DNA of 64,000 nt from Protoeuglena noctilucae. Lineage: Eukaryota. The notes under the pieces were generated by a model that saw nothing but the letters and a program-made list of their open reading frames with translations, was not told the DNA's origin and did not search any database. Where the stretch lies: assembly GCA_958009085.1 (NCBI GenBank), contig OY253671.1, positions 124,001 to 188,000 on the forward strand. The letters run 5' to 3'. The position numbers and the translations under genes are program-made. Shown here piece by piece: positions 27,608-39,500 of the stretch; within the stretch, counting starts at the first letter, position 1; each line of letters starts with the position of its first letter.

Positions 27608-30600
27608 ATGGAAGCGGGCAGGCAGATCCCTTCTGATGCAGGGGACCCGTCGAGCCAGGCCCAGGCGAGGGCCCCAGAAAGAGGCCGGGCGCAATTCGGG
27701 GACGGGCCAGCAGTTTCTTAGAGGAGGGACCGTGCACGAGGAGTGAAAGTCCTAAGCTTCTTCTCTCTTTTGTCGCAGGGGGGGGCTGGTCCAAGCCCGA
27801 GCTCGCCGGGCACCGGGGACGCACAGCCAGCTGCGGCGAGGTGGGGACAGCTGAGACCCGGCGAGGGGGGGTGGGTGCGGCTGTGGGGCATCGCGAAGTG
27901 CAGCTGAGTGCCTTCCGTGTCCGTCGCAGGCTTGGGGGCGCTGGAGAGGGTCACGGGGATGAGAGCCGGGTCGGCGAACATGTCATGGAGGGCGAAGAGG
28001 GCGAGGAGGGCGACTGGGACGAGGCTGACGATGAAGACATGTTGTACGGGTGCGTACTTGAGGATATCGAATGTCCATTTTCGGAGCACGCCAGGGTTGG
28101 TCGCGCTGTGACGCAGCGTGCCCGTGCCGGTCGCTGCCTATCTCTGTGCTTCAGTTTGAGGAGCACCCTCTGACACCTTGACCGTGTCACGCGCCATCGG
28201 AGATGCCACGTTGCTACCGCGCAGGGAGGACGACGCCATGCACGACGACGACATGGACGAGGACCTGGGAACGGACGAGGACGAGGAGTTCGAAGATGCC
28301 GAAGAGCTGGAGGTGGACGATTGGTTCGAGAGCGATGACGACAGCTTCGGTGAGCGCCGCACGGATGCGCTCGGGAGTTCCGAGGTGTGCCAGGAACATA
28401 TCAGGTTCTGTGGGCGTTTGCCGAAGCCAGGCGCCCTCCGCCTCACTCAAGCAGCTGTTTGCGACGCGAACTGCTGCCCCGCGACGTCGACGAGCTGGAC
28501 TGCGCTCGCGTCCGATGTGGCTCCGGGATTAGGTTTTGAGGGCCTCCGCGATCGGCGCTGCGGTATATCGGCGGCGTCTGACCGCGAACCGTTCTTTCAG
28601 TAGTGCTCGAGTTTGCCTGTATCGTCTCTTTTTGGTTTCGTTGCCCGTCGACGAGCCCCGGACCGCCGTGGGTGCAGCCGGTGCCCTGCCGGGTCCCCGC
28701 CCTCGCGCGCCGTCCCCGCCCTTCCCTGCAATCGCGTTTGGCCACCTGCGACCATGGAAGCGGAGGAGGGGCCCGAGGTCCCCCTCCTCGTCCCGCTCGA
28801 GCTCCTTTTCCCGACCCCCTTCCCGCCCCCGGCCCCTCCCGCCCCAACGGGGCTCGTTTCCTACCTCTCCACCATTGCCAAACCCGTGGCGGACCTCTTC
28901 CCGCCCCGCCGGCACGTCGCGACCGCCCTCCGCGCCGCCGTGCGCGCGGCCGGACTGGCGGTCCCCGCGGCACTGCAGGCTCTGGCCGGGCTGGCTTTGG
29001 TGGCGAAGGCGCGCGGCCTCTTGCGGGCCGCTTTCGCCGGTCGCCCGGCGGAGCTCCTCCGCTGCGCGTTCGGCACCCTCTCTTGGCTCGCGCTGGCCCT
29101 CCTTGCCCACCTCCTGGTCGTGGGTGCGTGGGCATGGGCCCTGCGGCCTACCAGGCCCCCCGTGCGAGGTAATACACGTCGGCAAGCAATGTCCCGGTCA
29201 CAGCTACTGGTGTTGCTCTTTGTGCTGCGCATTTGCGGACGACCGGGAGCGCCGGGTGTACCCACCCATGCATGTGTGCACATGGACATGCATGCCGACG
29301 CGCCCGCACGGCACCGTGTCGCCAGGGCTCCCCGCGTGGTGCCCGCAGGGCTGCCGGTGACCGACGACCCGCGAGCGCCGCTGACGGACGCGGAAGTCGA
29401 GGGGGCGAAGGCGAGGGCTGCATGCGCTCACTGCGATGACGGCGCTCACTGTGTGGACGACAGCGATGTCACACACATGAGAGCCACGTCGCCTCGTGGG
29501 ACAGAGACCCGTGACCCAGTGCTCGTTGTTGCTCTCATATGCGCCGCTACCCGCACCGGCCTCGTGCGGTGGCAGAAGCGAACGGTGGGGCGCCTGGCCC
29601 ACTGCATTGCAGGAGCGCGCCCACATGGTGGTGGAGGGCGGGACACTGCCTACGGCCGTCTTCCGAGACTCACGGGCGCTCACGTCTCATTTCCAGGTGA
29701 TGTTCAAACATCGAAAGAGCGTACAAACACGACCCCTGCGTCCCTGCTGACATCACGATCCCACCACCACCGCCCACCCCACCCCACTTCCTCAGCTTCC
29801 GGTGTTGCTTCCCAGCGAGACGGACCTCAACAACGCTCCCCGCGCCTCCCTCTCTCCCCCGCAGATCTGCGACTCCCTCTGCGCCCTGCCCGCCTGCCCC
29901 GGCGACCCCGCAGAGGCGGCCGACTGCGACGTCATCGCCACTGTGTACCCCGACACCGTCGACGAGCACCCCACCTCCATCCTGCGTATCTGGGCACTAC
30001 CCAGGGAATCTCAATCTCACGACGCCGACCGCAGCGGCATCCACGCCCAGGCCTCCCCGCGACGCACCCCAGGGGCGCACCCCGCAAGCGTGGTCCCACG
30101 GGATGCGGTCCTTTTGGCAGAGCACGACCTCCCGGCCTTACCTGGCCCCGTCGGCTCCATGTTCATCCCCAGCTCCGTCGCGGCCTCTCCCGATGGCCGC
30201 CTAGTGGCTGTTACTGGCTCCAGCAGCACCCTCCTGCTATTCCATCTCCTGCCACGTGCCGAGGCGGTGCAAGCCGGCCTGCCCCGCACCTCTGAGATGC
30301 CCCCGCGCACCCTCCCGCTGTCGCTCATCCGATGCGGCATGTACGTGCTCATCACCCCCGCGGCTATGGCCAACAGCGTCCGGTTCGGGGACTTGTTTGG
30401 CCGAATGCGCATCGTGGTGGGAATGCAGTACCGCAAGTGAGCCGGGGGGGTTACATGGCCTAGCATTGCCAGGCAATGAGTTTACAATCGCTGGCTCTCC
30501 ACGTTCTCAACACATATGTGCTTGCTTATATCCCCTCGCTTGACGTCTCGCACCCGCTCTCGACCTCTCACTCCCTCTCGCTCTCTCTCGAGCTCTCATC

Positions 30601-32728
30601 CCCCTCTCTCTAGGCCCTCCTCTGTCTCACCCCTCCTTTCCCTATTCCTCCCTCTGTCTCCAGCACTGGCTTCAGCATCATCCTCAACACCCCGCGAGTG
30701 GGTGACGCCGCCAACAGCTTCGGGTGCAACATGAGCGAGGAGGGCCACGGCTGGCACGGTTCCGATGGCAACTCCCAGACGCCGGAAGAAAGGCAGGTCT
30801 ACATCCACGCGGTGTCGGTGGTGAGTGGCGTGGTGGGGCATGCATGCTGGGCGTTGGGGGCCACCCTCCCCACCCTCGCCACCCTCGGCACCCCTGCCAC
30901 CCTCCCCACTCTCCCCACTCCCGCCACCCATGCCACCCTTGCCACCCTCCCCCCCCCATTGTCGCAGGCTGAGGGGACTGTCGTGCCCTTTGCCACGTGC
31001 GTCATGGGGCAGTTCAGCGTCAACATCAACCAAGTGGTTGGTGAGCAGAGCAGAACAGCACAGCGCAGCGCAGCAATGCATGTCAATGACATGGGACGCG
31101 CTCTCCAACGCTAGGCGCTGGGCTCGCCAATTCAAACACTACTTGCTTGTGCAGATTTGCGACTGTTTGCACTCGCATATCTGCAAACGCACGGATTCCG
31201 GCCCCCGCAGTCTCCCCCAACGGTCAGATGATCGCCTTGGTGGGCGACCACGCCAAGCTGCAGATTCTGACGGCTGCCAGTGGCTACAGTGTGGAGAACA
31301 AGTCCGAGGTGAGACGCGCTCTCTCGCCAACTTAGGACCCCACACCTCCCTGCCCCTCAACCCCACACCCTCCCTGCCCCTCTTACCTCACGCCCTCCTC
31401 TCACTCACCCTCCACTCTCAACCCTCCCTGCCCCACCAACCCCACGCCCACACTGCCCGTACTCTCCACCTCACGCCCTCCCTGCCCCTCCAACCCCACA
31501 CCCATCCCACCTCTCACTGCAGCACAACTTCAGTGACCTCTCCATCCTCAAGCAAGCGGGCGTCACCCAGCACGGAGGCTCCCAGTACGTGGCGTGGTCT
31601 GCCGACAGCTCCCGCGTCGCCCTGACCATGGACGGGCTGCGGTGCTGCCTCGTGTTCGACGTGCAGGTCGCGGGGGTCAGGGCACAGGTGAGCGTGGGTT
31701 GAACAGTGGAGGCGGCGCTATGTGGCAGGTGGGGTGTCACTTGGGGAGGGTGGGTGAGGTGAAGGCGAGATGCGATGTGCTGGGTGGGGATTGGTTAGAA
31801 TTCATAGGCCAGCTGCACTGCGTGAAGGGCAGGGCTGCCTCGATGAACAAAAGGAAAGGGGGTGTCATTGCTTGTAATCACACCGGTAGGCCCCCGCACG
31901 CCCCCGCAGATCACTCCGGTGGCCATGCTGCCCCTCTCGGCGCCCTGCCCCGGCCCCTGCCTGGCCGTGGCCTTCGACCCGGAAAGCCGGGACGTGGTGG
32001 TGTTTGGAGAGCGGAAGCGGGTGTGGGTCGCGGATGTGTGGGGATCCGATCCCTTGGTTCAGGCTACCCAGTGGGGCCCGGAGGCAGACAAGGCGCAGGG
32101 GGCGCTGCTGGCTTGCTTGACGATGCCGCAGCTCCGTCCGCGGCGGGCGGAGGGTGAGGGCGGGGAGGGGGCAGGGGCGCGGGGTGGAGCGGCTGGGGGG
32201 GCGGGCGGTGGAGGAACGGGGGGTGCAGAGGGGGCGGGCGGGGGCAGTGGCAGTGAGAGCGAGGAGGGGAGCGGGGAGGAGGAAGAGAGGCGGTCGTCAA
32301 TGATGAGGATCCACGGGATGGTCGTCACAAATAGGCGAGGAGCGGCCTTCGCGATGCTTTCCTGACATGCCTGCAGCCTCTATGGCTGAGTCGGGCCACG
32401 GGCGACAGTGACCTATCTGTCAAGCTGCGTCGCCCAACTCCCTCCACGACCCACCAACCCACCAACCCACCCCCGCCCCCGCAGCGGCCGCATTCTGGCG
32501 TCCGGCCGCGCTGGCACCTTTTCCTGGCAGCTGCGCCGCCGGTGGTCGCCCGCGGTGCACCGCCGCTGGCCCGCGGCGTTCCACGACGTGACGCGTCAGG
32601 TCCTCGTTTCGGCGCCGGAGGACCCGGAACGTGCTTCGCGCGAGGTCGGGATGTGGTCCCTGCCGAGGGAGATGCTGCTGGAAATCGTCGCCAGGGCAGC
32701 CGAGCCCATTGATGCCTGGAGGAGCTGA
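27608..32728 (+). CDS. WD40/beta-propeller protein (DUF2415-like) with acidic N-terminus, hydrophobic segment and F-box/SOCS-like C-terminal motif
   Basis: In-phase exons 27608-27664, 27779-27840, 27930-28049 and 28225-28349 (the last two acidic). Propeller pieces VAASPDGRLVAV, AVSPNGQMIALVGD, VAWSADSSRVA, AVAFDP. Junction near 28350-28750 unresolved, so this could be two genes. Confidence 0.6.
30860..30950. repeat. 9-bp intronic tandem repeat (gccaccctc-like)
   Basis: About 10 degenerate units. Confidence 0.8.
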
Positions 32729-33050
32729 GCAAGTAGCTGAGCTGTGTTGCTTTGGGAACTGCTGGTTGGGCATTGCTAGTTGGCGGGTCCTTGGCTGTGT
32801 TGCCACGATCGCGTCTCCATCCCACATTGTTTCTCCTGCGCCCCCGTTTGCTCTTTCTTACGCGTATTCCCTACGCCGCTTCCTTGTCCAGAATTGCCCC
32901 ATCCAAGAGTGCGTGCTGTTCGCAACGCTTCCGTGCCAGAGAGCGCATTTTCAAGCAGAGCCAAGCATTGCTTGAAGCAATCGTGCAAGACGAGCTTAAA
33001 AACCTCAACCGACGCCATTATATAGCAACTTCCCAGGCCAGCCCGCCTCC

Positions 33051-34672
33051 TCAGTCCTCGCCCCCCTCCTCACCCGCGCCCTCTCCTGCACTCCCACCCT
33101 GCGGCCCCTCTCCCTCGCCCCCGCGTGCACCCGCCGGAGCAGACCCCGCGTCTTTCTTCCTCCATGTCCCCGCCTTCTTCATCTTGGCAATGATGTCCTT
33201 CGCCACGTTGAATATTCCCTTGGTGGGCTCCCCGCACTGCGCACAGACCTTGCTTGATGCATTGTGCTTGAGCGCGCAGTGCTCGCAGAAGTAGTGCTTG
33301 CAGAGCGTGACCACGGGGTCGTCCACCTCCGCCCACGGCTGCCTGCGGGGCGGTCGGAGGTGAAGCGGATGCAGGGAAGAGCAAAACTCGGCATGAGACG
33401 ACGCTTGTGCAGTTGCGGCACGCGACGCGGGCGGCGCAGCAAGCGCGACGGAATCGATTGCATATCATAATACAATCTTTACTGCTACGATTGCAATTAC
33501 GATAGCGACGTCGCTCACCTGCAGAGGAGGCAGGCGAAGGGGAGGTCGTCGTCCTCTGCTTTAACCTTCCCCTCTCCCTCCTCCTCGCTCCCCGACGCCC
33601 CGCCCTGCTCCATGCGACGCTCCATCTCCGCAGCCTTGCGCTTCTGCTCCTCCTGCCACTCAAGCTCAATCTGCCACCCGCTCTGCAGTCACGGAACACA
33701 GACGAACCCGTCAGCGAGCTCGCAATCAACCAAAGCTGCCTCGCGAGCGCACCCGCGTCCGCCTTTCATTGCCTGCCAGGTCGCATGTGTCAAGTTGCAC
33801 GTGCAAAAAGCATCGCGACGTGCGCGGGCGTGGAACTCAGAGCTAATTCCGCACCTTGTAATCTTCGCGGGTGTGGAGGAACTTGCAGGCGTCGCCCCAG
33901 CCGCAGTAACCAGTCTCCTTGTAATCCTTGCACACGTCCGGCTGGTAGTCGAACCGGACGCTCGAGCGGATGGCCGTGGACGCGCGGAGAGGGCCGTGAG
34001 CGCCGCGGCCCTTCTCAGAAGCAATCGTACTCTCCATCCGGAAGCCCGCGCGGTAGTCCTTGTACGCTGCCTGGCCGCGGTACTTCCCGTCGTCCTCCGC
34101 CGGCTGCTGCCCGGCCTGAAGCACCTTCTCTCGCAACGCGCGGCCATCCCGGTCGAACTCGGTCTCCGTCTGCAGCTGCCGCGTCGCGCCCTGGTCCCCC
34201 GACTGCTGGATCATCCTGCGAACGCGTTGTCACGAAACGTAAGAACCCATCCAAACACGCCGGGCGACCCCCTCGGCAGCCGCCGACCGAGGGCCCCGAG
34301 CACATCGTCCAAAAGTGCTTACCTCGAAGCCTCGAAGGCGTGGACCTCCGCCTTATCCGCTCGCTGAGAGGAGAAGGCGAGACCTTTCCGCTTGGCTTGT
34401 CGGGCCTCCGGAACTGCGCTTTCCTCGCCCACGGCGTCCTCCGCATCGTCCCGCTTGCGTATGTTGGCCCGGTTGCGCTTCTTCACGAACGTGGGGCCGG
34501 CGCTGGCAACGCCTGTGGCAGACGAATGTTGCGAGGATCGTAGCGCGGCGCGGCGAGGCGAGATGGCGAGCTGGGAGAGGGAGCGAGCTGAGAAAGCGAA
34601 CTCGTCCCTCCCGGAGCACTCACCGGTTGCGGAGGCATCCGCCCCCGACGCTGCCCTCTCTTCTTCACCCAT
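33051..34672 (-). CDS. CWC24: CWC24/RNF113A splicing factor (CCCH zinc finger + RING)
   Basis: [66 protein letters not shown]. Confidence 0.93.
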
Positions 34673-34866
34673 GTCCCTGTCGAGGCTCGCTCGCGGCCAG
34701 GGAACTGCGCCAATTTGCAGAGCAGGTTGCTAGTCGTAAACGCTGTCGCGGTCGTGTGAACAACACTCGGAATGAGATGCTGTGACAGGGCAGCACGCCA
34801 CTTTTGCTGACGCACGCGTTCCTTGCGCAGTAGACGTCCTTGCTTTGCGGCGTACTGTCACTAGGT

Positions 34867-36253
34867 TCAACCCGCCAGCTGCTTGCTCCTTGCGACTGCA
34901 GCGCTCACGGCCGCCAGCATCGCCCGCCGGACCCCCGCATCCTCGAGCGCCGCCACAGCTTCAATCGTCGTCCCGCCGGGCGAGCACACCTTGTCCTGCG
35001 TGCGCCGAGGGAGAGGCCGGCGTCACCACTGGTAGCAGCATGCACGATATGACGCCACCCCGCCTGCCAGTCCTCAACACACCCCACCTTGAGCTCCCCC
35101 GGGTGCTCCCCCGTCTGCAGCACGAGCTTCCCCGCTCCCATCACCGACTGCGCGGCCATGCGCAGTGCCACGTCCCGCGGCAGCCCCGCCCGCACTCCGC
35201 CATCCGCCATCGCCTCAATGATGAGGAACAGATACGCCGGTGCGCTGCCGGCGACCCCGACCACGGCGTGGATCTGCCGCTCCTCGACCTCGCAGACCAG
35301 CCCCATGGCCGAGAGCAGCGCCGACAGAGTTGCCACGTCGCCTGCCGTCGCGTGCGTGCCCCTGCGGCCGCGGGCGAGGGGCGATGCCATGGCTGACCGG
35401 AAGAAGCATGTTTCTTAGTAAGTGCAACTGGTCAGCGCGGCCCGCACCGTGTGATGCTGCAGACGCCCGCCTGCACTGCGCAGGGGGTGTTGGGCATGAC
35501 ACGCAGGAACCGAGTCTTCTGCGGGAGGGCGGCCTCGTAAGCGGCGATCTCGATACCGGCCGCGACGGTCGCGATCTGCGGGTACGGAGGCGCGGGCTGG
35601 GTCGGCTGGGCAGCTAGCCTGTGTGGGCGTGGCTGGCGTGGCCCACGGTGACAACTTACCACGTGGTGGGGTTGGACGTGAGGCGCGAGCTCGTCGACGA
35701 CTTTGGACATGACGACCGGCTTGACGCTCAGGAAGATCACGTCGCATGCACGCGCGACTTGTTGTGCACCGCCGCCGGACGCGGCCACCAGCGTCACTCC
35801 TAAGGACCTGGGGGACACAGTGAGCAATGATGGCGAAGTCCGATGAAATCTTCAGCACGGAATATGGTTGGCGGGCGGCAGAGAGACCCACCGGAGTGCC
35901 TTGGATTTGGGTGACGAGACGTCCCGCACGCACACGACGACGTCCTCCGGGAGGCACGTCCCCGCGGCGATGAAGCCCCCTATCATCGCCGTCGCCATGT
36001 TCCCGCCGCCGATGAACCCGACCTTAACTCCCAGGGGCTGCCGAGGCTCCGCCTCGGCGCGGGCAGCGACCCATCCGCGCTGCACGCTGGCCCTGCACTG
36101 GCCCCGATGCGCCCCGATCCCACGCTTCGGCACGCACCATTCGCTCCCCGTGCGAGCCAATGACAGCAGAGGCCTATGACGATGGCATGGCACCCCTCGC
36201 GGCGACGCGCAGGGGCTGCACAGTGCGTGTGCTTTGGGGACCGAGAGCGACAT
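34867..36253 (-). CDS. proC: Pyrroline-5-carboxylate reductase
   Basis: VGFIGGGNMA, RVMPNTP, GSAPAY, ADGGVRAGLPR, HPGELKDKVCSPGGTT. Confidence 0.93.
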
Positions 36254-36549
36254 GCCCAGCGCGTCCCTGGGAATAATGGTCGTGCGCAGAGCCAACTGGG
36301 ACACCAGAATTCAGAGTAGTCGGCGCACGCATCATTTCGGGGAGAAATGGCATCGCGACCTCAACCGTTGCTCAGTCGGACTGGCCAGACTCGCGATCCC
36401 CGCGCACTTCACACGTTCGCAGTCAAATCGACTTCTCTGACAACGGCGCTTGCATCGTGGTGTTCAAAACACTCGTAACGACCCCTCCTTGCCGCGCCAG
36501 GTGTTCGGCTCTGCGGGGAGCCCCCGCCCGGCGGGGCACGCGGTTCACG

Positions 36550-39500
36550 ATGTCGTGCATGTCTGTGCAGCTCCCGCGAGTGGCGGCGGGCCAGGGGGTG
36601 AGCGGTCGGACTCCGGGAACGATGTGCGCGCTCGCTGCAGCGGCGAAGCGGTCCCCGGCGCGGCGACATGGATATTTTGTTTCTCGAACGATCGCTGACC
36701 AAGATCAGCGGAGCTCACGGAGCCCGGGGGGCGCGACACGGCGGTGTCGAAAGCGTGACCCTGCCACCCCGCATAACTTCGCGAGCGGTGCATTCGTGGC
36801 CGTTTTCTACTCGCAGTTGCTACCCGTGTCGTGTCTGCCGTGCGCGCAGGTCAGGAATGCCGGGATCCGATGCCGGCGCGCGCTGGTGCCGGCGGGGTCC
36901 CGCGCCCTGTCAAGGGTGGCCTACCAGGCGAGGCCGCGGTCCGGTGGCGCCGCAAATCCCGCATCGATGACTTTTGGCGCAATGTCGAAGTCCCTGAGCG
37001 ATCTCCGCGCGGACACGCCGTGCACGGGCGCCATGCACGCCAAAAAGTGTCCTCCGGGCAGTGACCTCGCGAACGGCACTCTACGCCTCGCAGGAGCGGA
37101 AGAAGGAGGGCGACGGCAAGGATGGCAAGCCCACGGCGGATTACGGATCTCGCAGCAACGAGCAGGAGGTCCTCATGGACCTGGTCGAGCACGGCCTGCT
37201 CGACCAGCAGCAGCAGAACCACGCCATGCCCGTTGAGGTCGTGGAGTCGTCCCCTAAAGACAGGAGCGGGGCCACGGTGAGAATCGGGACGCTCACAGCT
37301 CCCGCAGGACGGCACGCGACGTCCCCTGCCACTCTCACTCCGTGCGTGATATGCGCTATGCCCAGTGTGCCCTTGCTTCGCCCTCGCCAGACCACCGCGG
37401 CGCTCCCCGAGGACGTCATGCCATGCCCCAACATCCGCCACCTCCTGGCACCCCGCCCCTCGCCCTTCGTGGTTCACAACAACTACGGTGGGGGGTTCGT
37501 CCACGACAACGACCTCGTCACGCTGCAGGCCCTCAAGTGAGTCTCAGATTCCAGCTTTCCCACCTTGCTTCCATCAAGATGCCTTTTCCATGTTAAACCC
37601 CCACCTGCCAGCACGGTGCTGGTGGGCCCCAGCCGTCATGCCCCCCATCTCGCACGTCGCTCTCCCACCCCTGTTCATTCATCAACAAACACCGCCCCCT
37701 CGCAGGTTCGCGAGCCAGCCCGCCCAGACCCGCCCGGCCCCGGCCGCTCCCGCTCCCGCCCCCACCCCCGCACCCGCGCCCGCCGACGGCTCGAACCCAA
37801 CGTCCCCGTTGTCCAGCACCGCAGCTGACATGGTGGCGTTGGACTTGAGCATCCAGCGACAGGTCCGCAGCGCCGACACGCGCCTCCCCGAGCGCGCCGC
37901 GAGCCAGAAGGTCCTGCCCGCCTGGGCCGTCCGTGCGGGGGCCCGCGAGACCATCTTCTACGATCCGGGGGAGGTGCGGGCCGCCATCTTGATCTGCGGG
38001 AGCCTCTGTCCCGGGCTGAACGGTGAGGGGTGGTGGGGTGGGAGGGGAAGGGGTCGGGAATGATGGGATGGGGCTGAGCGTGGCGGCGGTGACGGTGCGC
38101 GTAGTGGGATGGGCGAAGAGAGAGGGTCCTGCTGGGGTTGTGTCGTTGTTGTTGGCAATGCCCCAGGCGCAGTGCCCCAGTCGGTGCTTGGGACCTCGCA
38201 TGACGAGCGCCCTTACCCACACTCGCCCCTCGCAGACGTGGTGTGCGGGATGGTGCGCAAGCTGGAGGACTACGGCGTGAGGGACGGCAACATCCTGGGG
38301 GTGCGGTACGGCCTGCGGGGCCTTTACGCCAAGGGGTCGCCCAAGCCCATCGCCCTCAACAGCAGCATGGGTGAGTGCGCATGTGCTGCGTGATCGCCCT
38401 CATATAGCTGTCTTCGTGGACTAGTATCAGTGCAGTGCCTTATAATAGCAACCCCCCTACCCAATCGGAACATAACCCTCTCATATCTCTGTCCCACACA
38501 CAGTGGACCAGGTGCTCCGTGAGGGCGGCACCATCCTGGGCACGTCCGTGGGCACGGTCGACATCAACGAGGTGGTCAAGCGCATCGACATGCTGGTGAG
38601 AAGACGAGGGGGGCAAGATGCAAGTGGTGGGGTTGGAAGGGGGGGGAGAGGAGCAACGATGGCGCAGAACACGGCTGGCAGTGCCGAAACTGCACGCATG
38701 CCCTACGCAAGCATGCATACACTCGCGACCACCCTCCCGATCACTGTCATGTTCCCCACCCTCCCAGACACCATTACACTAACACCCCCCCCCAGGGCAT
38801 CAACATGCTCTTCGTGATTGGCGGCGAGGGCGGCCACATGAGCGCCTACGAGATCCAGCTGGCCATGCAGGACAACGACGTCCCCTGCACCGTCGTGGGC
38901 GTGCCCAAATCGATCGAGAACGACATACTGCTCATCGATCGCACGTTCGGGTTCGATACTGCGGTGGAGGAAGCCCAGAGGGCTCTGTACGCGGCAAAGA
39001 CCGAGGCTTTCAGCGCCTACCGGGGCATCGGCATCGTCAAGCTCATGGGGAGGCAGTCGGGGTTCATCGCCATGCAGGTGAGTGCATGTGGGGTGGGGTT
39101 GTTGGGGTGGCAGTCGGGGTTCATCACCATGCAGGTGGGGTGGGGTGGTTGGGGTGGGGTTCGTCGCTATGCAGGTGAGGGCAGTGGGGGTGGGGTGGGC
39201 TGGGGTGGGAATGAGGGGAAGAGAAAGGGTGGCGGTCAGGATGTCAGCAAGTGTACTCCCCCACTCACATCTCTCCACATCTCTTCACCCACAACCACCG
39301 TCCGCTCACCCACATCCTTCACTCCCCACCCCACCCTCCCCACCCTTCATCCCCCACCCCTCCCCACACCCTCGTCCATCCCTCCACCCCATCACCCCAC
39401 CCCATCAACCCGCCTCCCCCACCCCTCCAACCCCCACCCATCCCCCCACCCTCCCCTCACCCATCCCCCATCACCCCACCCTCCCACCCCCACCCCCAGG

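Noticed and set aside
27718..28089. Small membrane-protein-like ORF on the minus strand
   Set aside because: Antisense shadow of an acidic, in-phase + strand exon (27930-28049).
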